Positions 48,241-59,808 of a stretch of 64,000 bases of DNA are shown here, in pieces (the first letter of the stretch is position 1; each line of letters opens with the position of its first letter). The position numbers and the translations under genes are program-made. Source of the DNA: an uncultured cyanobacterium (GTDB taxonomy: Bacteria > Cyanobacteriota > Cyanobacteriia > Phormidesmidales > Phormidesmidaceae). The notes below the pieces were generated by a model. That model worked only from the letters and a program-made list of their open reading frames with translations, had not been told where the DNA came from and did not search any database. The stretch covers positions 896,001 to 960,000 of the forward strand of contig CAWBZI010000006.1 in NCBI GenBank assembly GCA_963793265.1. Reading direction: 5' to 3'.

Positions 48241-50022
48241 ATGAAATCCGTAATTCGCCGACTCACCACACTTACCGCGCTCACCGCTACCGTTTTAGGC
48301 GCTAGCGCTCTCGCCTCTGCCAGTGCGATCGCCCAAAACTACGGCGAAGAATCGATTGACGCTGATAGAACAGTCGCGATCGCTGAGCCTGTCGCCAACG
48401 GTCGTTTCTATCGCCTGTTGATTCTAGAGCAGCTATCAGATCAGCAAGACTGCTTTGCCGAAGAGCCCGGTAGCCCCACGGTTGTAGAACCGCTACTGCT
48501 AAACTTCGACTTTTCAGGCATTTGCGGGCGGCGCTCTGATAGCAACGGCTACTCGGTGCGCATTGGCAACGAAGATCTTAGCCGCCGCTATCGATTGCAG
48601 GTGACGCGCCGAGGTGAAAGTCTCGTATTAGTGGCCTTACCAGGAGCCCTGCCAGGCAGAGGCGGCGACCTGCCTGTTCTAGAGATTGGCCGCAGTAATG
48701 GCGTCGCTAATGACTTTGTAAAAATTGAGCTAGACCCCGGTTGGGAAATGACCCGCCGGACGCTAAACGGTAGCGCTCAGGGCCATGTTTACCTTTCTAA
48801 TGACGACAGCCTAGAAACCGTAATTGCCCAAGCAGGTGGCCCCAGACCCACAGCCGCCGCACCGACACCCGCATCGCCTGCGCCGTCATCTCCTCCGCTG
48901 TTAGGCGGCAGTAGTTTGCCCTCGCCTACCGCAGCACCGAGGCCCAGTAGCCCAAGCCCCGGTGGCAATGAGGGCACCTACTATCAAGTCATCGTACCGA
49001 GCGCTTCACCGATCATTCGCGCCCGCGTCCGTCAGGTTGCACCCGATGCTTTTAACGCAACTGTTGACGGCCAAAGAGTAATCCAAGCAGGGCTGTTTCA
49101 AGAGCGCAATCGAGCTGAGCAGCTTACCAGCCAGCTTTCTAGTCGCGGCATCGAGTCTCAAACTATAGAAGGACAAAGAAGCGCCCCGCCACCAAGACCT
49201 ACGGCCCAAAACGAAACGTTTTATCAGGTGATCGTGCCTGAGAATGGTTCTAATACGCGCGATCGCGTTAACCGAGTTGAATCCGGCGCTTTCCGCACCC
49301 GCGTTAACGGTCGCTCTGTCGTTCAAGCGGGTCGTTTCCGGGAGCAAAATCGAGCTAACCAGCTCCGTGACAGGCTCGTCTCTGCTGGCCTCCCGGCTCA
49401 AATTATCGAGGGTTCAGCGCCGCCGATTGCCACCGCACCGCGTCCTTCGACAGGTACACCGTCCATCCCGCGGGCGCGTCAGGGCCAGCTTACCGTGGTG
49501 ATCGATCCAGGGCATGGCGGCAGAGATCCCGGCGCTGTTGGTATCGGGGGGCTTAGAGAGAAAGACATCAATATTACAGTGGCGCGTCGAATGCAGCGAT
49601 CGCTCCAAGAAAAAGGCATCAACGCGGTACTCACTCGCTCAGACGATCGCGAAATCGATCTTGATCCGCGCGTTGATTTTGCTGAGAGAGCCAATGCCGA
49701 TGTTTTTGTGAGCATTCACTCCAATGCCATTAGCCTCAGCCGCCCGGATGTGAACGGCCTAGAAACTTACTATTACTCCTCAGGCTTTCGCCTAGCGCAG
49801 ACTATTCACAACAGCGTTTTGCAACGGACTAGCTTGCGCGATCGCGGCGTTCGTCGGGCGCGTTTTTACGTTTTAGTCAACACCTCCATGCCTGCGGTCT
49901 TAGTCGAAACTGGCTTCGTCACCGGGCGCGAAGATGCCGCTAGATTTAGAGATCCTGCGGCTGTTAATGAGATTGCTGACGGCATTACGGCTGGCGTTCT
50001 TCAGTATCTGAACGTTCAATAG
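48241..50022 (+). CDS. DUF3747 + 2x SPOR-like + N-acetylmuramoyl-L-alanine amidase (Amidase_3) fusion
   Basis: Signal peptide; PLLLNFDFSGICGR..DSNGYS; two QAG.F....RA repeats; IDPGHGG, SIHSN, LVETGF. Confidence 0.88.
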   Translation: MKSVIRRLTTLTALTATVLGASALASASAIAQNYGEESIDADRTVAIAEPVANGRFYRLLILEQLSDQQDCFAEEPGSPTVVEPLLLNFDFSGICGRRSDSNGYSVRIGNEDLSRRYRLQVTRRGESLVLVALPGALPGRGGDLPVLEIGRSNGVANDFVKIELDPGWEMTRRTLNGSAQGHVYLSNDDSLETVIAQAGGPRPTAAAPTPASPAPSSPPLLGGSSLPSPTAAPRPSSPSPGGNEGTYYQVIVPSASPIIRARVRQVAPDAFNATVDGQRVIQAGLFQERNRAEQLTSQLSSRGIESQTIEGQRSAPPPRPTAQNETFYQVIVPENGSNTRDRVNRVESGAFRTRVNGRSVVQAGRFREQNRANQLRDRLVSAGLPAQIIEGSAPPIATAPRPSTGTPSIPRARQGQLTVVIDPGHGGRDPGAVGIGGLREKDINITVARRMQRSLQEKGINAVLTRSDDREIDLDPRVDFAERANADVFVSIHSNAISLSRPDVNGLETYYYSSGFRLAQTIHNSVLQRTSLRDRGVRRARFYVLVNTSMPAVLVETGFVTGREDAARFRDPAAVNEIADGITAGVLQYLNVQ

Positions 50023-50052
50023 CAATGCGTATCTACTGATATATCTATTGAT

Positions 50053-50083
50053 AAAAGAGGCCACTGCACAGGTGGTCTTTTTT
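50053..50083 (+). terminator. Terminator after the amidase
   Basis: AAAAGAGGCCAC-TGCACAG-GTGGTCTTTTTT. Confidence 0.75.
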
Positions 50084-50272
50084 GCATTTGCCAGTAGCAA
50101 AAACGGTAAATGTCTTTCGAGGTGAGCAATGTAGCTATTGCAATAGATGACTTTTCAAACGCAAAAAGCCTGGTAATCTCGCACTTTTCTTACAGCATGT
50201 AGGCAGAGCATACAGTTACTCTTTATAAGTATCAACTGCTCTACATCAACTGTTTAGGCTTTTACAAAGTTC

Positions 50273-50869
50273 ATGGCAAAAGTTTCTTCGCTATCGGCAA
50301 CCCCCATAGAAGCATTAGCGGACACGGCAGTCACCGCTTGGCTAGAAACGCTGCTTCAGCACTTTAGTATCAGCGAACTTGGCGCTAACTCAGATCGAGA
50401 TCTGGCGGATCTTATTGAGCAATATGGCGTGGCGTGCGCTGCAAGCGGCGATGGCGACTGTGCCGCTAAGCTTCGGGGCTTGTCGGGTTCGAGCGGATTG
50501 TTGCTGAGCGAACTCAAGCGTAGAATCGTGCGCTTAGCAGGCGCTCACTTAGATAGTGCATTCGTAGATATGGCTCCTGAGGTAATCGACGCAGAAGACG
50601 CAGAAGCGATTCTTTTGGCCGTTGCCGGACGGCAGTTAAAGGGGGTGCGCTATCAGGGTGAAATCTATCGCTTAACTGAGAGCTTTAAGCCAGCTCATCG
50701 GCTTCAGGCGTTTTGCTTGGGCCAAACGCTCAGCGAGCAATCCATTCCCTATATCATCACGCAGAGCGCAACGTCTTTTACAGTTTGGGTGAACATCAGG
50801 GCACTACCGCCGGGTGGCTATCGTCGTCATTTGGTTTCTAACGCTAGTCCAATCAATTTTGGTCAATAA
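50273..50869 (+). CDS. Hypothetical protein
   Basis: Clean ORF; C-terminal GVRYQGEIY...F...R.QA...IIT....F.VWV.IR motif. Confidence 0.7.
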   Translation: MAKVSSLSATPIEALADTAVTAWLETLLQHFSISELGANSDRDLADLIEQYGVACAASGDGDCAAKLRGLSGSSGLLLSELKRRIVRLAGAHLDSAFVDMAPEVIDAEDAEAILLAVAGRQLKGVRYQGEIYRLTESFKPAHRLQAFCLGQTLSEQSIPYIITQSATSFTVWVNIRALPPGGYRRHLVSNASPINFGQ

Positions 50870-50944
50870 GGCGGTTTTTGCTGAGAATCTCGGTATTATT
50901 GAGTAACCATGACGTTGCTATTGCCTGGTTTCTTGGCTTAATCC

Positions 50945-52381
50945 ATGACAGAAAAAGAAGCGCTAGAAGCCGTTCAAAGAGCGATCGCACCTGAGTCTTT
51001 AAGCTACGTCCAAGAAATCGTTTTCAAGCAGTCATGGTCAGGTCAGCTCTACCCTGAGATCGCAAAATCAGTCGGCTATCACCCTGAATATATTCGCGAC
51101 GTGGGCGCTCAGCTCTGGCGATCGCTTTCAGACTCCATCGGTCACAAAGTAACTAAAAAAAACGTCAGGTTTGTCCTCAATACCCTGGCAGAAAAGAATC
51201 TCTCAACGCCTTCGGGCACCCAAAAAGACAACCCAAGAGCCAAAAGCGATTCAGACGATTCCCAAATTCTTCATTCCCAGGTTGGCGACTTGCTGAGCAC
51301 ACAGGCGACAACAACACAGATAGCGTTTCCCAGCGTTGGACTCTCCGTAGAATCTGCCTTTTATATTCCGCGTCCTCCCGCCGAAGAACAGGCTTTTGCA
51401 GAACTCGAACGACCTGGCGGGCTACTGAGAATCAAAGCCCCTAGCAATACGGGTAAAACGTCACTACTACTACGGGCTCTAGACTATGCCCGTGAGCAGG
51501 GGGCTCGAACAGTACTGATTAACATTCAAGAAGCTGATACCGCGATTTTAGAAGACTTGAGTCGGTTTCTTCGCTGGTTTTGCCGCAACACCGCGCAGCA
51601 GCTCGGCATCGAAAATAAGCTAGATGACTATTGGGATGACGAAATTGGCTACAAGGTAAGCTGCAAAATATATTTTAGAGAATACTTACTCAACCAGATC
51701 TCTGGGCCCGTTGTCTTAGCCTTAGATGAGGTCGATCAGCTCTTTGAGTATCCAGCGCTCGTGCAGGAGTTTTTGCCAATGCTCAGAGTTTGGCACGAAG
51801 AAGCGATGGAGCTAGCCATCTGGCAAAAGCTGCGCCTGGTGCTCTCTTACAACACAGAAGTATATGTGCCGCTAAAAATTTCTCAGTCGCCTTTTAATAT
51901 TGGGCTCTCTGTGCAGCTACCCGTTCTGAGCCTGGCGCAAACCGAAGAACTAGCCGAACAATACGAGCTGTCGATGAAAAACGAGGGAGCAGATGGCGAG
52001 GCCAGCGGAGAAGCCATAAGCGATCGTGACCAGCTCACCCGGCTACATGCGCTAGTATCTGGACACCCGTACTTAATCCAGCTTGCGCTCTATTGGCTCT
52101 CAGAACGAGAGATTACGCTGACGGCGCTATTACAAGAGGCCCATACGCAAGCGGGTATCTATAGCGCTCATCTCCGCCGACACTGGCAGATTATGCAAAG
52201 ACAGCCTGAGCTTAAAGGGGCTTTGGCTAAAGTACTTAAGGCTCCGAAAGAAGGGGCTCAGATCGACGCAATGCTGGCCTATCAGCTAGAGCGGATGGGG
52301 TTGGTTTATATGGTTGGTAATGTCGCTATTATTAGCAGTGAGCTGTACTATTTGTACTTCAAGGAGTTGCTATTAGGTTAA
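50945..52381 (+). CDS. N-terminal HTH + AAA_35-type (STAND-like) ATPase
   Basis: SWSGQLYPEIA...IRDVGAQLWRSLS...VTKKN HTH; Walker A APSNTGKT, Walker B LALDEVD, SPFNIG, GHPYL. Confidence 0.85.
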   Translation: MTEKEALEAVQRAIAPESLSYVQEIVFKQSWSGQLYPEIAKSVGYHPEYIRDVGAQLWRSLSDSIGHKVTKKNVRFVLNTLAEKNLSTPSGTQKDNPRAKSDSDDSQILHSQVGDLLSTQATTTQIAFPSVGLSVESAFYIPRPPAEEQAFAELERPGGLLRIKAPSNTGKTSLLLRALDYAREQGARTVLINIQEADTAILEDLSRFLRWFCRNTAQQLGIENKLDDYWDDEIGYKVSCKIYFREYLLNQISGPVVLALDEVDQLFEYPALVQEFLPMLRVWHEEAMELAIWQKLRLVLSYNTEVYVPLKISQSPFNIGLSVQLPVLSLAQTEELAEQYELSMKNEGADGEASGEAISDRDQLTRLHALVSGHPYLIQLALYWLSEREITLTALLQEAHTQAGIYSAHLRRHWQIMQRQPELKGALAKVLKAPKEGAQIDAMLAYQLERMGLVYMVGNVAIISSELYYLYFKELLLG

Positions 52382-52407
52382 TGCCTTGAGGGCGATCTTT
52401 TAGTGAA

Positions 52408-55400
52408 GTGCTTGCCATCTTTAACGCTCAAGGCCCCATGTTCGGCATGGATCTATTAGATGTAAAAAATCTCTCGAAGCGTGAGTCCCCTTACGATTAT
52501 CAGGTAGGGGGTAGCCTGCGGCTGGATGCGCCAACCTATATCGTCCGGCAGGCTGACAAAGACCTGCTTGAAACGCTGATTGCGGGAGAGTATTGCTATG
52601 TTTTTCACTCCCGGCAGATGGGTAAGTCTAGCCTGCGGGTGCGATCGCAAGAGCGCCTGAGAGCAGCGGGCAAGCTCTGCGCCTCAATAGACATGACCAG
52701 CATCGGCTGCGAGAGAGTCACGCCGTTGCAGTGGTACAAGGGCCTAATGGTTGATTTGCTCTCTAAGTTTGAGCTGCGCGATCGCGTCAACTTCAGCCAG
52801 TGGTGGGCTGATAATAAAGATCTCTCACTGGTGCAGCGGCTACGGCTATTTATTGAAGAGATCTTGCTGGCCGCTTTGCCCGATCGCGATCTGCTCATCT
52901 TTGTAGACGAAATCGACAGCGCCCTAGCCCTAGAGTTTCCGATAGATGATTTTTTTGCGCTGGTTCGCTATTGCTACGACCAGCAGGCAGAAAACCCGAG
53001 CTATCGGCGGCTGACGTGGGCCTTGTTTGGAGTCGCTACGCCTTCGGATTTGATTCAAGATATGACGCGTACTCCGTTTAATGTTGGACGCGCGATTGAG
53101 ATTAAAGGCTTAGAGTTTTCAGATGCGACGGTGCTGACCGAAGGGCTATCAGGCTACGGTTATGACGCGATCGCACTGGTTCGAGAAGTTTTGCGATGGA
53201 CGAGCGGCCAGCCTTTTTTAACTCAAAAAATCTGTCAGCTTACGGCGCGATCACTGCTAGGCGACCTGCCGCTAGACGCCGATTTATCACTTCCCAAAAC
53301 ACCCGCCGCCTTAGTCAGATGGGTCGTTCACACCCAGGTCATAGAGCATTGGGAAGGGCAAGACAACCCTGAGCACTTTCGGACAATTCGCGATCGCCTC
53401 CTTCGCAATGAAAATACGGCCCCCCGGCTGCTCGGCATCTACCAAACAATCCTGCTGGCCGCTATCTCTCAGGGCAAACCAGATTTAGATCTAGAGCGGC
53501 TTTTAGCCTACGACGATAGCCCGGAGCACATGGAACTGATGCTCTCGGGCCTGATTAAAAACGAAAAAGGACGGCTACTGGTCAAAAATCCTATCTACGC
53601 AACCATTTTTGATATTCAGTGGGTAGAGCAGCAGCTTAGCGCCCTACGGCCCTATGCCCGGCAGCTATCGGCCTGGGTAGCGTCGGAGCGCACCGACGAG
53701 TCACGACTGCTCAGAGGCAGAGCCCTTAAGGACGCTCACGACTGGAGCTTGGAGCGCAGCGTCAGCGAGCTAGACCACGACTTTCTCACGGCCAGCGAGC
53801 GCTTCGACCGAAAGATTATGCAGCAGGCACTCAAATCTGCCAGGCTCAAAGAAACCGAAAAAAGACTCACGATTGAAAGAAAAGCTAGACGCGCTCAGCG
53901 AGCACTCATTACAACGCTAAGCGGCGCGCTGATTGTTGCTATTTCGCTTGGCATGGTTGCCCAGGCTCAATATCAACGGGCCAAACAAACAGAATTTGAA
54001 GCGCTTGTTACCACTTCAGATGCCCTCTATGCTTCCGAGCAACGGTTGGATTCTTTGGTCAAATCGATCGAGGCGAATCGCTATTTTTACGAGCAGGGAG
54101 GCGGACGGCTCAACCAGTCAGAGCAAATGGTTAGCGCGCTGCGCAGGAGCGCGGTGGGCGTGACTGAAAAAAATCGGTTGACGCTTGAAAAAAGCAATTT
54201 TTGGGACGTTGATATTAGCCCTGATGGTCAGCGAATTGTCACGGGTAGCGCCAACAGTGAAGTCCGGCTGTGGGATATAGACGGCACGCTGCTCAATACG
54301 TTTGCCGGACAAACCGCGCGGGTGCGGGCGGTGAGATTTTTCCCAGATGGCAAAAGGATCATTTCAGGCAGCGATGACAGCCGTCTCAAAATTAGAAACT
54401 TGCAGGGAAAGGTTCTGCACACGCTTAGAGGTCATACCGACGCTGTTTATGCGGTAGCAGTCAGTCAGGACGGACGGCGAGTGGTTTCAGCCAGCGGCGA
54501 TCGCACCCTCAAAGTTTGGACAGCCAGAGGGCGACTCCTCCATACGCTCACTGGCCACACCAATGAAGTGACTGCCGTTGCCATTAGCCCTGACAATAAA
54601 ACCATTGCGTCTGCTAGTGAAGATGGCACCGTCAAGCTGTGGAGTCTTGGTGGAAAGCTGCGGCGTACCCTCAAAGGCCATACCGCACCGATGACCGCTG
54701 TGGCCTTTAGCCCCAATGGTAAGCTACTCGCCACTGCCAGCCGCGATACCACTATTAGCTATTGGAATGTGGCAGCTTTGCTAGCTGAGGCATCGAATTT
54801 GCCATCAAAAACAGCGGCATCCAAGACAGCAGCGTCAACAGCAGTATTAAAGACAGCAGACGAGATGCAGCCTTTAAAGAAGTTACAGGGCCATCAAGCC
54901 GATATCTTATCAATTGAGTTTAGCCCTAATAGCGAGCAGCTCGTGTCTGCGAGTCGCGATCGCACGGTCAAACTATGGAACTTAGACGGCGAGCAAATTG
55001 CTAGTTTTCGAGGCCACCAAAGCCGAATAAACGCCGTCACGTTTGGCCCTTCTGGCCGGTTGATAGCCAGCGCAGGCTCCGACAAAACCGTACGGTTATG
55101 GGATTTAACCAATCCGCTGCTAACGGTATATCTAGGCCCAAACGCAGGCATTATCGGCGTTGATATCAGCCCAGATGGTGAGCTTATCGCCGCTGCTAGC
55201 GACGATCGCGGCCTGTACCTTTGGCACCGAAACACTAACCAGCTCATCGCACGTTTTGATCATCCCGACGCGGTACTCAGTACTGCGTTCAGTCCTGACG
55301 GCACTCAGATTGTTACTAGCAGTTGGGATGGAACTGCCCGCCTGTGGACAACCGCAGGAAATCTCGTCACAATCTTTAGTGGTCACGACAAACCTATCTG

Positions 55401-56106
55401 GGATGCGGTTTTTAGCCCTGACGGACAAACAATTGCAACAGGTGGTGTCGATGGGCGCGTGCGTTTTTGGGATTTACAAGGGAACGAGCAAGCTGCCTTT
55501 TTTGGACATAAGGGCGAGGTGCGCGCGGTTGATTTTAGTGAAGACGGTCAGTTTGTCGTGTCGGCCAGCTTAGATAGAACGGTGAAGCTATGGTCACGAG
55601 ATGGCAAGCTGTTGCAGATTATTCGAGGCGATGGCCGCAGCGGATTTATCGATGCGAATTTTAGCCCAGATGGTGAGCTAATTGCGGCAGCAGGTTTTGA
55701 TAACGCAGCAAAGGTATGGAAGGTGGATGGCACTTTGCTAACAACGCTAGAAGGCCATGAAGCCGAGGTACGATCGGTTGACTTTAGCGAGGATGGAGAG
55801 CAGCTAGTAACGGCTAGCGGGGATGGCACGATTAAGCTATGGACGCTTGAGGGGGAGCTGGTAGCAACGTTTACTGAAAGCGGGCGGGCGGTATGGCAGG
55901 CGCTCTTTGCTCAGGGTGCTGATGCGGCAGCAGATCGCGTAGTGGTGTCAGCCGGAGAAGATCGGCGATCGCACCTGTGGAACGTAGAAAAGCTACTCGA
56001 CGAAGACGGCCTGTTAGAGCAGGGCTGTCGGTGGGCCGAAGACTACATAAAAACCAGCTCCACCGTAGAGAATCGCGACCTGTGCAAAGACGTTCTGTCG
56101 CGATAA
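52408..56106 (+). CDS. AAA_35-type ATPase + TM helix + 14 WD40 repeats
   Basis: [42 protein letters not shown] segment; 14 WD40 units; start may be at 52438 or 52447. Confidence 0.9.
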   Translation: MLAIFNAQGPMFGMDLLDVKNLSKRESPYDYQVGGSLRLDAPTYIVRQADKDLLETLIAGEYCYVFHSRQMGKSSLRVRSQERLRAAGKLCASIDMTSIGCERVTPLQWYKGLMVDLLSKFELRDRVNFSQWWADNKDLSLVQRLRLFIEEILLAALPDRDLLIFVDEIDSALALEFPIDDFFALVRYCYDQQAENPSYRRLTWALFGVATPSDLIQDMTRTPFNVGRAIEIKGLEFSDATVLTEGLSGYGYDAIALVREVLRWTSGQPFLTQKICQLTARSLLGDLPLDADLSLPKTPAALVRWVVHTQVIEHWEGQDNPEHFRTIRDRLLRNENTAPRLLGIYQTILLAAISQGKPDLDLERLLAYDDSPEHMELMLSGLIKNEKGRLLVKNPIYATIFDIQWVEQQLSALRPYARQLSAWVASERTDESRLLRGRALKDAHDWSLERSVSELDHDFLTASERFDRKIMQQALKSARLKETEKRLTIERKARRAQRALITTLSGALIVAISLGMVAQAQYQRAKQTEFEALVTTSDALYASEQRLDSLVKSIEANRYFYEQGGGRLNQSEQMVSALRRSAVGVTEKNRLTLEKSNFWDVDISPDGQRIVTGSANSEVRLWDIDGTLLNTFAGQTARVRAVRFFPDGKRIISGSDDSRLKIRNLQGKVLHTLRGHTDAVYAVAVSQDGRRVVSASGDRTLKVWTARGRLLHTLTGHTNEVTAVAISPDNKTIASASEDGTVKLWSLGGKLRRTLKGHTAPMTAVAFSPNGKLLATASRDTTISYWNVAALLAEASNLPSKTAASKTAASTAVLKTADEMQPLKKLQGHQADILSIEFSPNSEQLVSASRDRTVKLWNLDGEQIASFRGHQSRINAVTFGPSGRLIASAGSDKTVRLWDLTNPLLTVYLGPNAGIIGVDISPDGELIAAASDDRGLYLWHRNTNQLIARFDHPDAVLSTAFSPDGTQIVTSSWDGTARLWTTAGNLVTIFSGHDKPIWDAVFSPDGQTIATGGVDGRVRFWDLQGNEQAAFFGHKGEVRAVDFSEDGQFVVSASLDRTVKLWSRDGKLLQIIRGDGRSGFIDANFSPDGELIAAAGFDNAAKVWKVDGTLLTTLEGHEAEVRSVDFSEDGEQLVTASGDGTIKLWTLEGELVATFTESGRAVWQALFAQGADAAADRVVVSAGEDRRSHLWNVEKLLDEDGLLEQGCRWAEDYIKTSSTVENRDLCKDVLSR

Positions 56107-56189
56107 ACTTCGCAATCGCGCACAAATCAACGTCAAAAATCGCTAAAGTAAAGGAACGTTAACTTTCATAAATCACAGGCCAGCTTGCT

Positions 56190-57368
56190 ATGCGCGTACT
56201 CTTAATGACCGGAAAAGGTGGGGTTGGTAAAACCTCAGTCGCCGCAGCAACCGGCCTCCGCTGTGCAGAAATCGGGCACAAAACGCTCGTTCTTAGTACC
56301 GACCCGGCCCACTCACTCGCAGACAGCTTCGACACCGAACTCAGCCACGATCCCAAAGAGATTAAGCCCAACCTCTGGGGCGCAGAACTAGACGCACTTA
56401 GAGAGCTAGAAGGGAACTGGGGCGCAGTGAAGCGCTATATTACGCAGGTGCTACAGGCTAGGGGCTTAGAAGGCATCGAAGCTGAAGAACTTGCAATTTT
56501 GCCGGGCATGGACGAGATTTTTAGCCTGGTGCGAATGAAGCGCCACTACGACGAAAACGAATTTGACGTTTTGATTATCGACTCTGCCCCAACTGGCACA
56601 GCTTTGCGGCTCCTAAGCCTACCGGAAGTCGCAGGCTGGTACATGCGTAAGCTCTACAAGCCTTTTCAGGCAGTTTCGACTGCCCTACGTCCACTGGTCG
56701 AGCCGTTCTTTCGCCCGGTCGCTGGATTCTCACTGCCGACAAAAGAGGTAATGGACGCGCCTTACGAATTCTACGAGCAGTTAGAAGCGCTAGAGAAGAT
56801 CTTGGCAGATCCGACAGTGACCTCAGTGCGGCTGGTCACTAATCCCGAAAAGATGGTGATTAAAGAATCCTTACGCGCTCATGCCTACCTGAGCTTGTAT
56901 AACGTCGCGACAGATATGGTAGTTGCCAATCGGATTATCCCCGAAGAAGTTAGCGATCCGTTTTTCCAGCGCTGGAAAGACCAGCAGCAAAAGTACAAGC
57001 AGCAAATTCATGACAACTTTCACCCGCTACCCGTTAAAGAGGTACCGCTTTATTCTGAAGAGATGTGCGGGCTAGAGGCGTTAGAGCGCTTGAAAGAGAC
57101 AATTTACGGCGATGAAGATCCCGCTCAGGTTTACTACAAAGAGACGACGCTGCGAGTGGTTCAAGAAGAAGACAACTACAGCCTGGAAGTTTACTTGCCC
57201 GGCATTCCTAAAGATCAGGTTGAGCTGAGCAAAACTGCTGATGAGCTAAACATTCGGATCGGTAACCATCGCCGTAATTTAGTTTTGCCTCAAGCCCTAG
57301 CTGCGCTTCAGCCTTCAGGAGCCAAAATGGAAGACGACTATCTGAAGATCCGATTTGCGACGGCATAG
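56190..57368 (+). CDS. ArsA/Get3-family ATPase with C-terminal Hsp20-like domain
   Basis: [23 protein letters not shown]-terminal alpha-crystallin-like strands. Confidence 0.9.
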   Translation: MRVLLMTGKGGVGKTSVAAATGLRCAEIGHKTLVLSTDPAHSLADSFDTELSHDPKEIKPNLWGAELDALRELEGNWGAVKRYITQVLQARGLEGIEAEELAILPGMDEIFSLVRMKRHYDENEFDVLIIDSAPTGTALRLLSLPEVAGWYMRKLYKPFQAVSTALRPLVEPFFRPVAGFSLPTKEVMDAPYEFYEQLEALEKILADPTVTSVRLVTNPEKMVIKESLRAHAYLSLYNVATDMVVANRIIPEEVSDPFFQRWKDQQQKYKQQIHDNFHPLPVKEVPLYSEEMCGLEALERLKETIYGDEDPAQVYYKETTLRVVQEEDNYSLEVYLPGIPKDQVELSKTADELNIRIGNHRRNLVLPQALAALQPSGAKMEDDYLKIRFATA

Positions 57369-57504
57369 GCAACGTTACTCTTTTTTAACCAAAATCTCTC
57401 TCTATCAGCAGAGCTAGCCGCCAAATATACCTATTCAATCGAGTTGTATGGTATGTAAGTATCTGCACCCACGTTTCTCTCATTTTATCGAGGCGAGTAT
57501 TCCT

Positions 57505-58722
57505 GTGACCCAATCTCCCCTAGAGCCCCCCAACGAGCCCAATCTTTCGAGTCGTCGCCCTTCGACTGGCGGATCGAGCGATCGCCCTACGAACCCAAGC
57601 AGACCGCTCACGTTTGATGAAGTTGTGGCACTAGCGATCGCCTTTCTATCATTAGGAAGCGTCTTGCTATGGGGCCTAACCCGTGGTGGCATGGGAGCTT
57701 TTAGCGATTCGCTAGCGGGTGTAGATCCCGCCCTAGTGTCTCCAGAGATTGCGCCAGACGCAGGCGATCGCCCCATTGCTTTCAACTTTGGTACAGACGA
57801 AGACGATCTCGTTGTAGCGCCGGACGGCGTAGTCAGAACTCGCGACGGTGAGATTGTCAGAGGCTCTGCCAGACGACAGCTAGAAGAACGAGCCGCCATC
57901 AGACAAGAAGAGACATCAGGCCGAGTCGTGGAAGGGCTTGGAGCCGGGCTAGCTGGGGGCGCTATTGTTGGGGCCGCTGCTAATCCAGACCCGGTAGCGG
58001 CTGAAGAAGTGACCCCTGAAGAGGTAATTCCTGAGACAGAGCCTCAAGCAGGCGTCGTACCTGCACCAACACAGCTTTCTGAAGAAGCTTTGGCCCCCTC
58101 TCAAGAGGCAGTCACCTTTAACGATGTGCCCGAAAACTATTGGGCCAAGCCATATATCGATGAGCTGAGCAGCCGTGGCCTGATTTCAGGGTATGAAAAC
58201 GGTAATTTCAGACCCGACCAGCCGGTTACCAGAGCTGAGATCGCTAGAATCGTCTCCAACACTTTTGTCTTAACCGCAGACAAAGCTGACCTAGAGTTCT
58301 CAGACGTTGAAAGCGACTACTGGGCTAGAGAATCTATCGGAGAAGTCGTGAAAGGCGGCTTCATGACTGGTTTCCCAAACGATACTTTTGATCCCAATGC
58401 ACCCGTCACCAGAGCGCAGGCACTTACGACGATGGTTACGGGGCTAGGCATCCAGCCACCGACTAATATTCAAGCAGCGCTTGCTCGCTATGCCGATGCC
58501 AACGCTATTCCCAATTGGGCTAATGAAAAAGTAGCAGCAGCCACATCGGAGTCTCTAGTTGTAAACTATCCCGACTTACAGCAGCTTGACCCAAACGAGC
58601 CTACGACTCGCGCCGAGCTATCTGCAATTATTTACCAGGCACTTGTCTATCAGGCGGGTAATGAAGACGCTGCAAATATCAACATAGAGCCTATAGATTC
58701 TGAGTTTGTAGTGAAACCGTAA
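57505..58722 (+). CDS. Membrane-anchored S-layer homology (SLH) domain protein
   Basis: TM helix; three SLH repeats (FNDVPENYWA...FRPDQPVTRAE). Confidence 0.88.
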   Translation: MTQSPLEPPNEPNLSSRRPSTGGSSDRPTNPSRPLTFDEVVALAIAFLSLGSVLLWGLTRGGMGAFSDSLAGVDPALVSPEIAPDAGDRPIAFNFGTDEDDLVVAPDGVVRTRDGEIVRGSARRQLEERAAIRQEETSGRVVEGLGAGLAGGAIVGAAANPDPVAAEEVTPEEVIPETEPQAGVVPAPTQLSEEALAPSQEAVTFNDVPENYWAKPYIDELSSRGLISGYENGNFRPDQPVTRAEIARIVSNTFVLTADKADLEFSDVESDYWARESIGEVVKGGFMTGFPNDTFDPNAPVTRAQALTTMVTGLGIQPPTNIQAALARYADANAIPNWANEKVAAATSESLVVNYPDLQQLDPNEPTTRAELSAIIYQALVYQAGNEDAANINIEPIDSEFVVKP

Positions 58723-58759
58723 TCTCCGGCTGCAGCTATAGGACGAAGCTAAAACGCTG

Positions 58760-58803
58760 AAAAGCCTCAAAGTCTATCGTGTAGTAGACTCTGAGGCTTT
58801 TTT
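58760..58803. terminator. Bidirectional terminator
   Basis: AAAAGCCTCAAAGTCTA...TAGACTCTGAGGCTTTTTT. Confidence 0.8.
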
Positions 58804-58843
58804 AAATGCTTGTATGAGGCGGTTAACTTATGAAAGATTGCCT

Positions 58844-59470
58844 CTAGAGCTTGACCGCTTCGGCATCACGGCGAGACTCTAGCCACCAGGCGATCGCTAT
58901 CCAACCAACCACAACTACAAAGGCCACGCCTGTAAACTGGGCGATCCATTTCATAATCACTGCTAGGGGCACTAGCTGACCTAAAAAGTACGTCAGCCCC
59001 ACCATCACAGCAGCCCAAGAGGCCGCGCCAATGGTATTGCATAGCAAAAACTTAGGATAGGGCATTCGGGTAATACCCGCCAGCGGGCCTGCGAACACAC
59101 GCAGCAAGGTCACGAATCTGCCAAATAAAACGGCTTTACCTGCGTTTTGGCTAAAGCGATCGCGCAATCCTACCAAAGTCGTCTCAGGCACCTTCAGCAG
59201 CTTTGCAATTTTGACCAGCAGCGGCCAGCCGCCGTAATAACCCAACAAGTAGCCACCGCTGTCGCCTAAAATAGCGCCTGAGGTAGCAGCGCCAAGCACA
59301 TACCAAACGTTAAGCTCGTCGCTACCTGCCAAGAATCCGCCCACCAAGGTGACTGTCTCTCCAGGAATGGGAATTCCCATGTTTTCTAGCAAAACGCCGA
59401 AGAATACAGCCCAATAGCCATATTCGCGGGCAATGTCTTGCACTATTTCTATAGAGATGAGTTCGCCCAT
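58844..59470 (-). CDS. DedA family membrane protein
   Basis: LENMGIPIPGET, GAILGD, GRFVTLLR. Confidence 0.9.
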   Translation of the reverse strand: MGELISIEIVQDIAREYGYWAVFFGVLLENMGIPIPGETVTLVGGFLAGSDELNVWYVLGAATSGAILGDSGGYLLGYYGGWPLLVKIAKLLKVPETTLVGLRDRFSQNAGKAVLFGRFVTLLRVFAGPLAGITRMPYPKFLLCNTIGAASWAAVMVGLTYFLGQLVPLAVIMKWIAQFTGVAFVVVVGWIAIAWWLESRRDAEAVKL

Positions 59471-59808
59471 AATGAGATGTTTGGCGCTAAAAATTGTTAA
59501 CTTTCTGCTACAGCTTTGGCCACTTAGCTCAATACATTCACACTGGCCGTAACCTGTATGGGCTGCGGGCTAAGTAGCGCGCTAGCCTACGAATGCATCC
59601 GCAGGCTAGCTATCTTTACTTATCTTGACGTAACTTTCCGGTAGGGTCAATTCGAGATCTACGGATTGTTCTGCAGATTGTTGACAAGAGAGATCGCCTT
59701 GCGCTCAGTCCACTTTCCCAAAAGTCATGCTTGCAAGCAAGTATTTACACTAATTTAAGCTTTTTAGCGCACACAACACCTGTGTTTTAAACGACATCCA
59801 GCAAAGTC

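Noticed and set aside
54180..55985. WD40 array as a possible hypervariable, high-identity repeat locus
   Set aside because: The repeats are clearly divergent at nucleotide and protein level. No RT or template repeat was seen.
59471..59808. Intergenic region with a GCTAGCCT...AGGCTAGC hairpin, considered as an sRNA
   Set aside because: There is a single hairpin, no recognisable SRP/6S/tmRNA/RNase P motif, and no clear promoter-terminator pair.
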